This document shows positions 25,944-39,400 of a stretch of DNA of 64,000 nucleotides, one piece after another (the first letter of the stretch is position 1; every line of letters begins with the position of its first letter). Source of the DNA: Bigelowiella natans CCMP2755 (Eukaryota > Protista > Cercozoa); contig ADNK01002140.1 of assembly GCA_000320545.1 (NCBI GenBank), positions 124,001 through 188,000 of the forward strand, given 5' to 3'. Below the pieces are notes generated by a model. That model saw nothing but the letters and a program-made list of their open reading frames with translations, was not told the origin of the DNA and did no database searches. The position numbers were made by a program, and so were the translations under genes.

Positions 25944-27303
25944 CTAAGGAGAACAGTCCATATTTAAGAACTCTAAGAAAGGCTCACAATTTTTCATATG
26001 GTCAACACAAGCCATGGCGTTTATGTACCTGAACATGTTGGGAACGAGATTAAGAGCCCATTGAAGAAATGATACGATCGGTGGAATGTTATCCAATGAT
26101 GTGAAAACTATGTGTCCCTAGCATCTCATCGATTATCACCTTTCCAACTTAAGTTTCCGCTCGTTTAAGAAAGTGTTCTTTCGCTTTGAGAAAACTGCCA
26201 TTGAATTCTGTCGGATAATATGGTTGCTTTAATTCAAAGTACTCATCGCTGTCCGCAAAACAACTTGACAACCTTTGGGGGAGGTGCGGGTAGATCTATG
26301 CTTGGAAACTTCTTACGATACCTAATTTCGTTTGTTTGTTACCAAATACAACGCATGATCGATAGGACAATCTATGTTCATGTGAATACTCTTCCTGCCT
26401 CTCAACAACTACTACTGCTGCTATTACTAGTACCATTTCTGCACTTCAGCATGCATTTCGATGAATTGAGAGAATCTTTTGGTGAAACGAACCTTTTGAT
26501 TAATTAATACAGCATCATTATCATTACCACTCATCAAAGTATCATCACGATTGTAGTTGTGATAATGTGATGAAATGCAAACATATGGTGCGAACGGTAT
26601 AATCTAGATGAATGGATGAATCACGACAAATTTTGCACGTAATCATCACAGTGTTTGGTATTTACATTTCAACGACCCATTTGACTTGATTTCACCCTCC
26701 TCCTCCTCCTCCTCCTCCTCCTCCTCCTCCTCTTCTCTTTTCAACTAAAGAACTAAATACCAGCTTCGCAACGTTGCTCTTATTTGATGGTGCTACTGCC
26801 TAAAACACACATCCGCACATACACAAACGCATGTGATGATGATGATGTATGCAGTTTCTCATTAAGAAAACGACAACGACAAAAGCCATTTCAACACCAA
26901 GAACCTGCATTGAATAAAAGGTGACAATCCGTAGATTCACTCTCGATGCAGATACGCCTAAATAAGATTAACATGATAGAATAAATCGATCAACGGAATC
27001 AGTAACTTTGATGATTGTCATTATCATCATTCTCACGATGATTCTACTATGACTGCAGCATTCGTTGCTACTACCTATGATTTGAATCATCATCATGATG
27101 ATATTAACAATGATGCCCAAAAAATCCATCCCCCCCTAAAAATATTACCCGTGACCGCGACACCCTTGAGCCAAGTTGATTTCTGAATTGCTGCTGAGGA
27201 TCCATCAGCATGTTCCCCTTGATTATGTTGATCTGCTGTCGGCCATTCATCACCACCAGCACTTTCCCTGCATAACATCATAAGGACTCCTCATATACTC
27301 AAT

Positions 27304-27343
<40 letters not shown>

Positions 27344-27650
27344 GGGATGAGATGTAATCCACGCATAGAGACACACACACATGAACACATTACTACCATT
27401 CTATAAGCTGAAGCGTGTGCTTGCTGTTGCTTTGATCTTCCCTCTGCTTGATGTGATTCTTTCAACATTGGCAGAACAGAAGGGCAGCAAGACAACATCG
27501 TCATCACCATCATCATCATCAACAACACCAGCAGTCGAGGGATGGAAGAGAAAGGAATCAAGTCAGAGGACAGTGTTTTGTTGCTCTATCTTTACACAGT
27601 AAGTAGCAGCAAGTTGTTGTCTTAATCTCTAATTCACCATTGTTTGAACA

Positions 27651-27719
<69 letters not shown>

Positions 27720-27946
27720 TATATACACGGTTTTGTGAAGTAGTAATTCCACTCACCGCCAAAAGCTCTGACAGGACCTCAATTTGCTTGTTAAACACTA
27801 AAAAGATGATGATGATGATGATGATGATCATGAAGATGATAATGATGATATGGTGGTGGTGGTGGTGGTGATAGTTCTAAGATGGTGCCAAATGCAAAAC
27901 ACAATATCATAAGCTATGTTGTTTATATCTACGACACACGCACGCA

Positions 27947-27985
<39 letters not shown>

Positions 27986-28444
27986 ACTTAAAAACAAAAT
28001 ACCGTCAATTCGAGTGGGTGAGACTGGATCATCCTTCATCTATGAACATAGAGGTACGGGGAAGAGGGATTTCATCATATCAAGACTAGAAGTGTTATGT
28101 TGTAAGTTACTGCGTAGGAAACAGTTGAAAAAAAAAAAGACAAGCCATATATCTATTTAGTTTAAATAGCAGCACATACCCTCCCCTCAGCAGCGATGAC
28201 AAAATTGAGATCCTCCAATTCCTTTGTTTAAAGTCAATATTTAAATAATACTTTGTCGAGGATAGAACCACGAATCAAATGCATGCATGCATGCGTACAA
28301 CAAAGAGGAGCAAGTACTCATCCAGAATGATTTATTATCTATGAACGGCAGTGCTAACAACGTACTTGCTCGAGGGCTTCAAGAGGATCAACCGCCAAGT
28401 GCCGGTAAACCTGTATGTGGTAGTAGCGACGACATGTTAGGAGT

Positions 28445-28476
<32 letters not shown>

Positions 28477-28520
28477 AATGATTATGAAAACTACATGTAC
28501 AACTGCCAACCACCATTCAG

Positions 28521-28556
<36 letters not shown>

Positions 28557-29341
28557 GAGCAACAATATATCACGAATCAAGGAATACTGGAGGGTATGTA
28601 GTTACGTTTACAATATTATTGTCATTCTTCCAGCATATTTGCATCATCACCATCTATTTACGCACTAACCGCACAAGCAAAAGAAAATAGAAATATACAT
28701 AATATCGATTGTGATTCTCCTACTCGCTTCTTCTTCTTTTTCTTCTTCTTTTTCACACCTTTTTGATGACAGATACAGGCGCTGAACAAGCACCAATCGT
28801 CTGCACCCATCCTATACGAGATCGCACTGACGCTGCCTGTGTGTGAACCAAAAACAAACACGACGATAGATGACAACAACGACAACGATTATGACTTCAA
28901 CGATGATAATGATATAACAATAAACGATGATAATGACGATGATGATGATGACGATGCTGATTATATCACCTTTGCTCGAAGTGGCTCATCAGACTGCGTA
29001 TGGATGATGAATTCAGTGGGATCACTCCCTAGAATGAGGAGGAGGAGGAGGAGGAGGAGGAGGAGGAGGAGGGGGAAGGATAAAGTTACAAACAACCATC
29101 AACAACATCAATTATCAGTACTATCGATGCTGCCAATTTCTAAGCAAATGAAGTAGAAGCAAAGCACCAGCACTGACGACAACAGCAACAACAACAATGA
29201 CATAGTTATGATAGTCGATTGTACAAATGATTTGTGTATGATTTGAATAATATCGGTCCATACCAACTTGCACGTTGCATCCTAGAAGCCCGTACCGCAT
29301 ATAGTCATCTGCGTTTGGAGACTCGGAAACCTAGTGGTGGT

Positions 29342-29375
<34 letters not shown>

Positions 29376-31914
29376 CAGCAGCATTAAGCAGCAGCTTATT
29401 ATTAGTATAACAAGGAGTATGATACGGATAATACGGATGATGATATTAGCTTCTCATCACCTGTAATCCCATCCCAGTTATGTTATCGTCATCGCCTTTT
29501 CCTCCAAGAGGAAGGCCACTATTCTGTTTCTTCTCTCCTCGTATTGGCTGCAAATATTCATCATCATCATCATCATCATTATCGTCAGCGTCGTCGTCAT
29601 CACATGAGATAGGAAATCATCATAAAACAGCAACAACTGCCTCCCACTACTTTCTTTTCAATGTATGTTCACTACTTCTACTAGTACTAGTACTAGTAGA
29701 AGTGTACTAGTAGTACCGAAACAGCTCTGAAAACGGGTATGATTTCCACATACGCTGCTTTGTAACTACTCTTCTCTTGCCTGCTGCTGTTGCTACCGCT
29801 ACCACCGCTTGATATCAATAGATAACCAGACTTTACACGAACCCTCTTCGCCTCTCCTCCCCTATGATGATGATGGTGATGATGGCGGTGATGATGACGA
29901 TAATGAAAAGGAGGAGACATTAATTGTTAACCATGATAATAATTGTGATGATGGTGATGGAGGAGGAGGAGAAAGAGGCTTGTTATGAAGAAGAAGATGA
30001 TAATGATAGCCTTTAAAATGACGAAGACGACGATGATAATGATGATATTGATAGTCGCTACGATCAATCGTCTAAAACTAGGTGGTGCTGGCGACGTCTC
30101 ACGCAGGCTAAGGTACTAACTAGAACAAAGGGGGAGGGGGAACTGTTTCTACCTTGCCAGCAGTTGTTGGCCTTTCCCCTTACTATCATCCATTTTCGTA
30201 GCTGTTGTCGTCGTCGTCGTCGTCGTACTACTCTTTAATTTAACTTCGCTCTTTTTATTTTTGTTCGTGGCATTTCTTCTTGTTGTGTTTGCGTTGAAGT
30301 CAGTATGGTGTGAAGAAATAGGTAGGTCGTCACATGTTCCTCCTCCTCCTCCTCCTCCTACCCCCCCTAGCTTGGATGAGGGGGAGGAAGAAGATCCGTC
30401 CTGTCGTCCTCGTGCATTATTTCCAGCACTACTATTACTACTACTACGATTAATACTACTACTACTACTACCGACGAGTACTTTTGAGGGTCTTGCTGTT
30501 GCTACTACTGCCACCTGTGCTTGTATTAATACCCGATCATCTTTGCCTCCTGCTGCTGCTGCTCCACTACTAAAACCACCATCTTCTGCTCTCTTTGTTG
30601 TCGCTCCTTGCCTCTCTTTTTCTTCTTCGTCTCTCTCCTCCTGTTGCAACCCTCCTTTTGTGTTGTAGCGGCTGTGATTGTCATAGATTACATCATTCGA
30701 TTCATTTTTTGGGTTGTCAATATTCTCCTCCTTATCGCCAAATTCGCCTCCTCTTCCTCCTCCTCCTGCTGCTGCTTTCATTTGATCTTTATGTGCCTTT
30801 ATTATTCTAACATCCTCTTTCGCCTTTCTGCTACTTTGGTATAGTTGTCGTCCATAGACGCTGCTGCTCTCATGTTGGCCATTATTATTATTATCATTAT
30901 TATTATCATTATCACCATAATTGCCACCACCACCAGTAGCAGCAGCAGCAGAAGCAGTGTGATCATCATCATCATCGAGAAGAAGTTGCCTAGCATTGGG
31001 CTGGTGATGAGGATGGTGCGATTTCCTTTCGTCGGAATCCATTATCACGGCAGTAGTAGTGCCATTATTGCCTCTTCTATGGGATGATTCTTTGTTTGCA
31101 TTTGCTGCTACCATGTTGTTGTTAATTCCTATTATACCCCTTTCTTCTGCTGTCAGCGTCTCACCCTTTACCTGCGACAAAAGAGAAGAGAAGGTGATTA
31201 TCATCGATCAAACTACATGCATGAAAATGATCATGGCTGTTAACTTAATAATAATTACTACCACCTGCCCGTAGACTATTTGTGTAAAATTATTCACATT
31301 ACTGCATGCTTGTATACTATGGACTATTTCTCATGTCTTCAAACTTTAATGATTAGCACCACGTACACACACACAAACACACATTCATACGATGTCATTT
31401 ATATTATTTTTATTATTATTATTATCATTTATGTATTGAGTCCTGACCACTTTATGATGCAAGTAGTCTATCTTCTCATTTGTTGCAGCCAGCTGATTGC
31501 GTAATCTAAATATTACAGATTAACTATTCTGAGAGCAGCCTTCTTTTGGGAAAGATGGAAAATAACATTAAAAAAACACACATTGTCCTCCTCATTATTC
31601 ACAACCATTATCATCATCATCATCATATGAAGAAATCTTGCCGTCGTCTTGTTACCGTTCCATCTCAGCTTGCATTTTCCTTTTCTCTGCTTCCTCCGCA
31701 GCTATTCTTTTCATTTTTTGTTCGCGGCGTCGTCGCCTTTCTTGAGCAGTCCGTGGCAATCTCTTCCTCACACCTAAGGCATCTCCATCTCCATCAAGAT
31801 CTGCAACTAGTCTTGCTTTCTTTTTCTTTTTCTTTTTCCTTCTCGGCTTTTCACCACCACCAGTGGGAGGACCAGCACTAGCTGATGCGGAAGCAAACGT
31901 TGCCAATCGCGACT

Positions 31915-31959
<45 letters not shown>

Positions 31960-33579
31960 TTGATATTATGTGTGTGTGTGTGTGTGTGTGTGATAACAAT
32001 CGGCATTACGAAGAGGCCAGCAACACCAACATTACTCATCTACTAGGTTCATCTCGAGAATCAGGATAACAAAGAGAAGATTGGCTACGTTTGACTACGT
32101 GACGAGTCAATAAAATACATGAGGTTGATGAGGACACTGAAAGATCCTCTATTAGATTTATTCGGTGCGGTGATTGTGCGGTGCATGTGCTAGTTGCAGA
32201 TTAAAAGGACTGATGATGACATTGTGGTAGTTCTGCATTTCACTATCAAAACATTCGTTTCCGTTGATCAATACCGTGAATGTATTGTCTTCGCTTGCTG
32301 TACTACGAACGGTTCCTGCTTCCTAAATATTTTATGTATTTATGTGATGTTTTGCGTGGTATACATGCTTCGTATATATGTGAATGCGATGTCTCTCTCT
32401 TCAGGGAGATTAGTAGTTCAAAGAAGAAAATGACAAGAAAGGGAAAAATGCTAGTCATTATCGCCACTACTCTCTTTCGCAATCATCACATAACACCGTG
32501 CTATCGCATTATCGCCACTACTCTCTTTCGTAATCATCACATAATACCGTGCTATCGCGAGTCCTGGAGCTTCCTTGCGAATTGGTTACTATTCCTGCTT
32601 CTACATCTGCTGATGCTGTTACTGCCCCCACCGTATTATTAGTATTATTCGTAACATGTGCCCCACCAATGAAGCTGCTTTTATTATCTATGCTTCTCTC
32701 ACTCGTTTTCTCCGTTAGAGCTGGATCACGAGTAGTAGTAGTAGCAGTGGTGGTGGTGGAGGTGGTGGAAGTAGCGGTGGTAGCGGTAGTATTAAAAGCT
32801 AAGTTGTTGTCCGATTGAGCCACTACTATTTGATTTTCATCATCTTCCTTCACAGTCATAACAACCCCGTTGTTCATTGAGGAGGTAGACGAACTGGATG
32901 CGTATGTACTTCTACGAGACTTATTGGGACTTATGATTGCACCAGGACCACTTACACTACCCCTGGCACTCGGAGGGTACCTTGTACTATTATGCTTATC
33001 TTTGGGTGGTGGAGGGGGGGCATGGTGGCTTGGAGATAGCGGGGCCCTATTTGCAATTCCCCCACCGTCACTTAAATTTGAAGCAGTTTGGGAGCGTTTA
33101 AAAGGTGAACGTGGGGGTGACACATTATTACTGAAAGAAGCTCGGCGGTCCCTCCTCCCAAGCGGAGAAGGCGGCCTTGAATTGTGAGGTGTTGTGGCCG
33201 CAGTTCGTGAATAAGGAGCAGGTCCTTTTGGCCTCCTCAGTTTTCCTTGTAGCATAACCTGCTTTACATACTCTCGAACATGGGTTTCGATGATAGCATC
33301 AGCCTCTGGATGCTGCATTCCCTGCGCCATCCACAAGTTCTGCTGAGCTACGCTGGCTTTATTCAACATTTTAGCTTGCTCGGAAAGGCCGTGGGCATAA
33401 AGAGTTTTCAGAAGCTTTGCGAAAATCGTTTGTCTGAGAGCTATGAATGTGGGAGATGAAAGCATTGCCATCCGAATTCCCCGTTTTGGGCCAGGCCGGC
33501 CGCTTCGTACCTTCCCTTCATCTTTCTTTTTGCTTGTGGCAGATGAAGGAGAGTTGATCATAATGTCTTTGCTCTTCAC
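25944..33579 (-). CDS. Large low-complexity protein with a C-terminal PX domain; many microsatellite-rich introns
   Basis: Spliced C-terminus KRFSQFIEMHAEVQKW|YRKKFPSIDLPAPPPK...FLNERKLKLER|YINAMACVDHMKNCEPFLEFLNMDCSP-stop has PX hallmarks. Upstream low-complexity exons lie in ORFs 30149-31204 and 32518-33579; their linkage into one gene is inferred. Confidence 0.6.
32456..32557. repeat. 51-bp tandem duplication at an intron donor, two mismatches
   Basis: Copies at 32456-32506 and 32507-32557 differ only at 32480/32531 and 32494/32545, both C versus T in a CA/TA context. Confidence 0.9.
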
Positions 33580-34771
33580 GCCCTTATTTTATGAAAAAAA
33601 GTTCAGTGATAAAATCAGACAATGTTCGATATTCTATGTGCAGAGTAACACCATAACCTTAACCAAGATAACAGCAAAAAATGATGTGGGGAAGGTATTA
33701 TTGAGAAAGCAGCTCACAGCTCCATTTTTGACAATAACACCGAAGATTACAGTCTCGAAGAAATCTCAGGTATTGTTGTAGAAATTTGAGGACGACCTCA
33801 TAAGCTGAACTGGAGTTGTTAACCCGACTGACACATGGATGTACGGGGTGAGCACCGGAGGCACTTTCTCAAAGTGTATCTAATTCTTGTCCTCCGAGCC
33901 TTAAGAATGCTTATTTATAACCCAACGACATAAAAAAAGAGATGTCGCATGAAGAAACTGTGTGGATTCTAAGAATAAATACTTAGTATATGGATGTTTT
34001 TCATTTGTATACTTTTTAATACGGGGAAACTTGTACTCAGCTCACTTCCTTTGTTAAAGTCTTAACGACAAATCATCAGGACAATCGAGACATTCTTCTT
34101 TTTTGCAACAAGGCTCTTTATATCTGGTCGTACAACCAAAATTGGTTCAATCGAACACCACATGAGAAAGCAAACTAGTAAACAGCAGAAATTGTGGCTT
34201 GAGTACATCACACATCTCCAACTTTCATCAATTGGGCAAATCTTTTTGAGTCGCATGAATAAATTACAGGATATATTCGTTGAGTTTTCCAACTTTTCGC
34301 TCCACGAGACTCCAAAAGGAGGAGGAGGAGGGGGAGGGGTGCTCCTATTTTCGAAACCACAGGGCTGCTAGCTGGGAGAAGGTCTATGGAGGAACAGGTT
34401 GACTAATTGATGTGTTGGAAAATGACATGGCATTGTCGAGTTGGCGAGTTGGGGGGCGCTTCACCTCCCTAACAGATGAAAGAATATGCACGTTATTCAA
34501 GAAGATGCCCGAACAGACCTGGTTTTCTTTTCCCTGTGATATGCTTTTCGTCTTCGAAACATATCCGGATATTGTAATCAGTTCTGTCTAAATTTTTTTT
34601 ACTTAGTTCTTCGACAATGAGGAGGACGAGGAGAAGGAGGAGGACGTTGGGGTCGAAAACATACATTCCTCCGTCGACATAGGGGAAATCGCTGGGTCTC
34701 CTCACAAAAGCAGCTCCCCCGATAATGCGAGAGCAATTAATGAATCACCTCTTATAGGTGGAGGAGTAAAT

Positions 34772-35752
34772 TTGTCACCGTCGGCAAATGTAAAAAGAAA
34801 TAGATCACCCAGTGCGATGAGCCAAACTAGTCAATTTCGAGAACAGGATTTCGCTCTTGCGGATGACACAGAAACCAGAGGAAACGATCTCCAGTATCTT
34901 CTCAGGGATGGGGCATTTGATGATATTCTAAGCCCAGAATTAACACCTAGGAAATTATTAAATACCGAGACAGTATCGGAAGAAGAAAGAGAGATTCTAG
35001 CCAAAATCGAAGCAGCAGCTTCCCGAATGGACTTTGTCGAGGCTCAAAAATTAAAGGAACTGCTTGTTAAAATTCGAAATGGTGAGGAAAGGGGAAAAAA
35101 AGAGATAAAGAATCTAGAAGTTGAGGCTAAAACAAAACCAATCGTGTCGGCTCAAAATGTTGAACGGTTGATGAATACACACAAAAGGGTTAGAGAAATG
35201 ATATTCCAACGATGTATTATGGGACGGCGGCGACGAATACTTCGGAGCAGTTTGAATCGCTGGCATGCCAGGAACAAACAGAAGGCACAGATAACGGCAT
35301 CACCACTTGAGAATAAATCTTCAGGAGGGAGCGGAAGAGTCCATCATAATAGCAAATCCCTTGGCATGAGCGAAGTTCTCACAGTTGTAAAGAGTATTAG
35401 AAAGAAACTACTCAGGGTCATCCTTCGGAGGAGGCTCCACGGAGAGTTGCGATTTGTAATTCGTAACTGGACACGTATTGTGCACTTGAGCAGAAGAAAA
35501 CTTGGCAGCGACCAGCTTCCCGACCATAAACATAATCATGATAGTACTCCGAAGGCGTTACAAAAGTACATGGAAGTTGAGAAGAAAGTGAAGGCTAATA
35601 TGATGAGAGATGAAATGAAGAAGATAGCCAAAGGTGTTGCACGAAGGGCAAGCCAACTTAAAAGCAATGCACGAGCAGAATCTTTGAAACAAGAGGACTC
35701 GAAAGGTGATTCATCATCATCATCATCTCTTAAAAACACAAGTTCGACTACA

Positions 35753-35784
<32 letters not shown>

Positions 35785-37772
35785 AGCAGTGGGTCGGAAC
35801 CACCAGCTCATCATGAAATCGGAAGAACCTCACAGCGACGATCAAGGAATTGGGAGACGACTTGCTCTGTATAGAGTCGTAGATGAAGACGGGGTGTGCT
35901 TTCGAATTTCTCCAGGGATGAGTGAGAGTTGTAGACACCCAGGTGAGGAGGGAGTGGATTTAGGTGACATCATCCTGGGTTCTGAGGGACCCCCGGGATG
36001 GATCAGGACATTTCCGGAGAACTTCTTCATCCCCCTTACGATAACAGGTGTGATGTAGTAGTAGTAATAGTAGTAGAAGTGGTTAGAGTAGTAGTCATAG
36101 TAATAATAGTAGTAGGGTTTTGGTCCAATTCAACAATAGCATTATTTGGTATTTTCAGGAAAGCCTGTGTTAGAGAGAGCACGTCTTCGCACTACCAAGA
36201 CAAAGACTGGATCCAACAAGGCGGAAAAGGAAGAGAATTCGCAAAATCTGATAACCAAACTTCGTCTTGCTCTTCATGGCGACGATCATCATAGCAGCAG
36301 CGAAAGCAGTGATCTTGATGTGGTAGGTGTAGGTGTCAGTGTTCACACTCACAAACACTACTAATTGTTACACATCATCTTCTGCACTCAATTGCGCGCG
36401 TTTGCTACTAAATTACATACTTGATATCCATCCACTCTCTCTTCCTGCTGCCATGACTCATTGACTACGGATCATGGCGCTGTAAAACCAAATTCAATCA
36501 CTCGTGCACGTGCTGACTCACAACCATACTCATCACAAATGATGAATTGCTATGTTGCCATTTTAAGGATGATTTAGGAGGTGCTATAGACCATGGAGGG
36601 TATGCGGATATCAATGAGGAAAGGAAGAAGGGCCGTGCTCCCCCATCAGTGCCAATAGCAATTGGTATGCTTAGGGTTACTATTCAGGAGATCGCTCACC
36701 AGAAGAACAGGAACCACCGCCACACCCATCAACCCACGTACAGAAAATCCTCTGACAAGAAACTGTCTTCTCATCCGAGGAAAGCAGCAGCACCACCACC
36801 AGCAGCAGCAACAACAGCAGACGACAGCACCGGGACACTCGCAATATCTCAGCACGTCCTTACTGGCGTTGGGAAGCTAATACCCGAATGGGTTCACTCC
36901 GAAAAGCATGGTGGATGGATTGTGCTCAGAATAGCTTTGCATCTGTTTAACATATCCCCTGACCCCATGAAACAATGTGGCCGTAGACGTTTGAATCTAC
37001 CACAACCTGGTGCGTTTGTCGCCAAGTATGAGCTAGAGGGCAGCTTAGTAGAAGCAGACCCCAAGAATATCAAGACATTTATTGTTCATCTTCCTGGAAA
37101 GTTCCACAGGATCATCATTGAGTGCCCTGAATCTGAAGCTGCTGGTGGTGGTCCCAGTAATAATAGTCATGTCAATAATCATGCTAGTGGTAGCAGCAGC
37201 GGTGATTCTTCCTCCTCCTCTGCAACAAGTTCAGCACTGAAGAAGATATTTCCAGTCGCACTACCAACCGTCCCTCGTCATCGTGGTCAGTGGCTAGGCC
37301 TTATAGCTATGTGCAGTGGACCTCCTGAGCTGATTGACGTAGGATCTACCCTTAGAGCCATGCTTGCATTGCTAGTATCAAGAATAGAAGATGAGGGAAG
37401 GTTAAATACTATGAACGAGACCGAGACTAGGGAGAAGCTCATCCAGAACCTCCACAACCATCTTTCCGAGATCAGTAGATGGATTTCAGACGTGGCGCTT
37501 AATGAGAACAAAAACTCTAGCAGAGATGGAAAAACATCATCATCATCATCATCCGAGCCGAGCAAGAGCGACACCATTTGTATGGTAAGAGTCGAGTTAA
37601 AAGGATATGGATCCAGCACATCGCAGTGCCGATTACACGAAACAATAGCTCAAATCAAGTTGAATGCTATAACTCAACTTGTAGAGAAGCGAAGGCCGTC
37701 CTTATCCACATCATCATCATCATCATCACCACCACCATTGTCCTCCTCCAGCAGCCAACAGAAACAACAGCA

Positions 37773-37807
<35 letters not shown>

Positions 37808-37819
37808 TGTCGTCGGGGC

Positions 37820-37856
<37 letters not shown>

Positions 37857-38379
37857 TAAACGGGCTAGTCTTAAGACGAAGGACTACCGCTTGCTTATCC
37901 TGGGAAGAGGTCGACCGATACATTGTGACGAGAGCGAGACTTTGCAGAATGTCACAGAGCGCTCAGGAGTAAGTGCTGCTACCGCTAAGAACAGCTCTTC
38001 TGAATCAGCAACCCCCGCACATCCTCAGTCGAAAGCTTCTAAAGGCCGTCCAGTATTGAGGCTTAGCTTCACTTTGGAACCTGTTGCTGATGACGAGCCT
38101 ACTATTAATAGATTCCATAAGACCGAGGTGCTAGAGAGTCATTTTCCTGTGGCAGAGACAACAATGGAATCGACGAAACAATCCGAAATAAGCGAGCAAC
38201 AGTTGCATGATGAGGATAATCAGGCTGCTGCTCTTTCACAAAGTATGATAGCTTCCTCATTCTCGAAGAAAGTTACATTATCCGAGAACGATAGTCAGAA
38301 GGGCCATTTGCCAAAGGTTGGTGCAAAAAAAACAAGAAGACGTAGTTTTTGGGACAAACTGCGTGGGAAAAAAATCTAG
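34772..38379 (+). CDS. Large hypothetical protein (coiled-coil, SH3-like and ubiquitin-like-looking segments, poly-S/T/Q runs)
   Basis: ORFs 34772-36058 and 36547-38379 join through a middle exon: FFIPLTIT|GKPVLER...DLDV|DDLGGAID. Upstream exons are possible. Domain guesses are weak. Confidence 0.55.
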
Positions 38380-39400
38380 TAGACATCGGTCATGCAGCAG
38401 CGATACGATCTTCGTCAGTCAAAACTAATGACTTGATGTGCCTCCTCTATTAGTTTGCTAAGCTAGTAAGGCTACGACCTAGTTTAAAATTTTGTGGTGT
38501 GTATATGAGACGGATGTAATGAATTGATTAAATCTTTTCAATGGTCATCCTAGCTGTGCATAGGCAGCGGCTACAGCTAGACAGCGCTAATGTTGTGTCC
38601 GTTTGTTTCCATGGTCACGTGTTTCATGCATGTGAAAGCATCTTCTCAGTTGCGTGCATGTCGAGATACAGCGCGATCTATGCTAGCTATGGTGCATACA
38701 TGTCATCCTCATGAGCAGGTATGTGAACAACTAAGCAAGCGATCTACTCCTGAACAAAGCGCACAAGCTAGCAAGCGCAAGAACAGCCGCAAGAGACACG
38801 TAGCAGCCTTGCAGTCACGTAGTGTCACAGTGTAGCCTTTTTCCTGTTCGATCAGAACATGGATCGATGCTGAGTAGTACTAGAGTACGACTAGAGTAGG
38901 CTAGCTAGCTAGTAGGCTAGTAGGGGGGCATTTATTAGAAGAATCTGTTGCAATGTCTAGCCATTCACATTACAGTGCTACACTACTGATCAAATTGAAT
39001 GAGCTATGCTAGTCCACCCAGCACCCTCGATTTGCCGCTCCAGCTCTAGAGCTAGCTAGCTGGCGCAATGCTATTATGTGATGCTCGTATCACTACATAC
39101 ACGCTTCCCTGTGCCACCCTAGTATGCTCTAGTACTAGCTAACTTCGCGCGATCTGAGTATGTGCCACATCGTGCACACCTATGCTATTGGACACGCGCT
39201 TACGACAAAATATGAAATACAATTTTTGCTGCGATCGATGCCCATGTGCACATGGAAGTTACACAGAAACAAAGTAGCTGGATATCTAAATGTAAAGTCC
39301 GCCGATTGATGTTCCAGGAGAAAATATCAGTTTTAAAATATTATTGCACCCGTAGGGAGCCTATATGATGTGATACCATCATGTCCACAAAAGGAAACAG

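Noticed and set aside
17937-31906. Many ORF-track entries with poly-H/T/I/Y/R/D/L runs
   Set aside because: They are translations of intronic microsatellites or antisense shadows of real exons.
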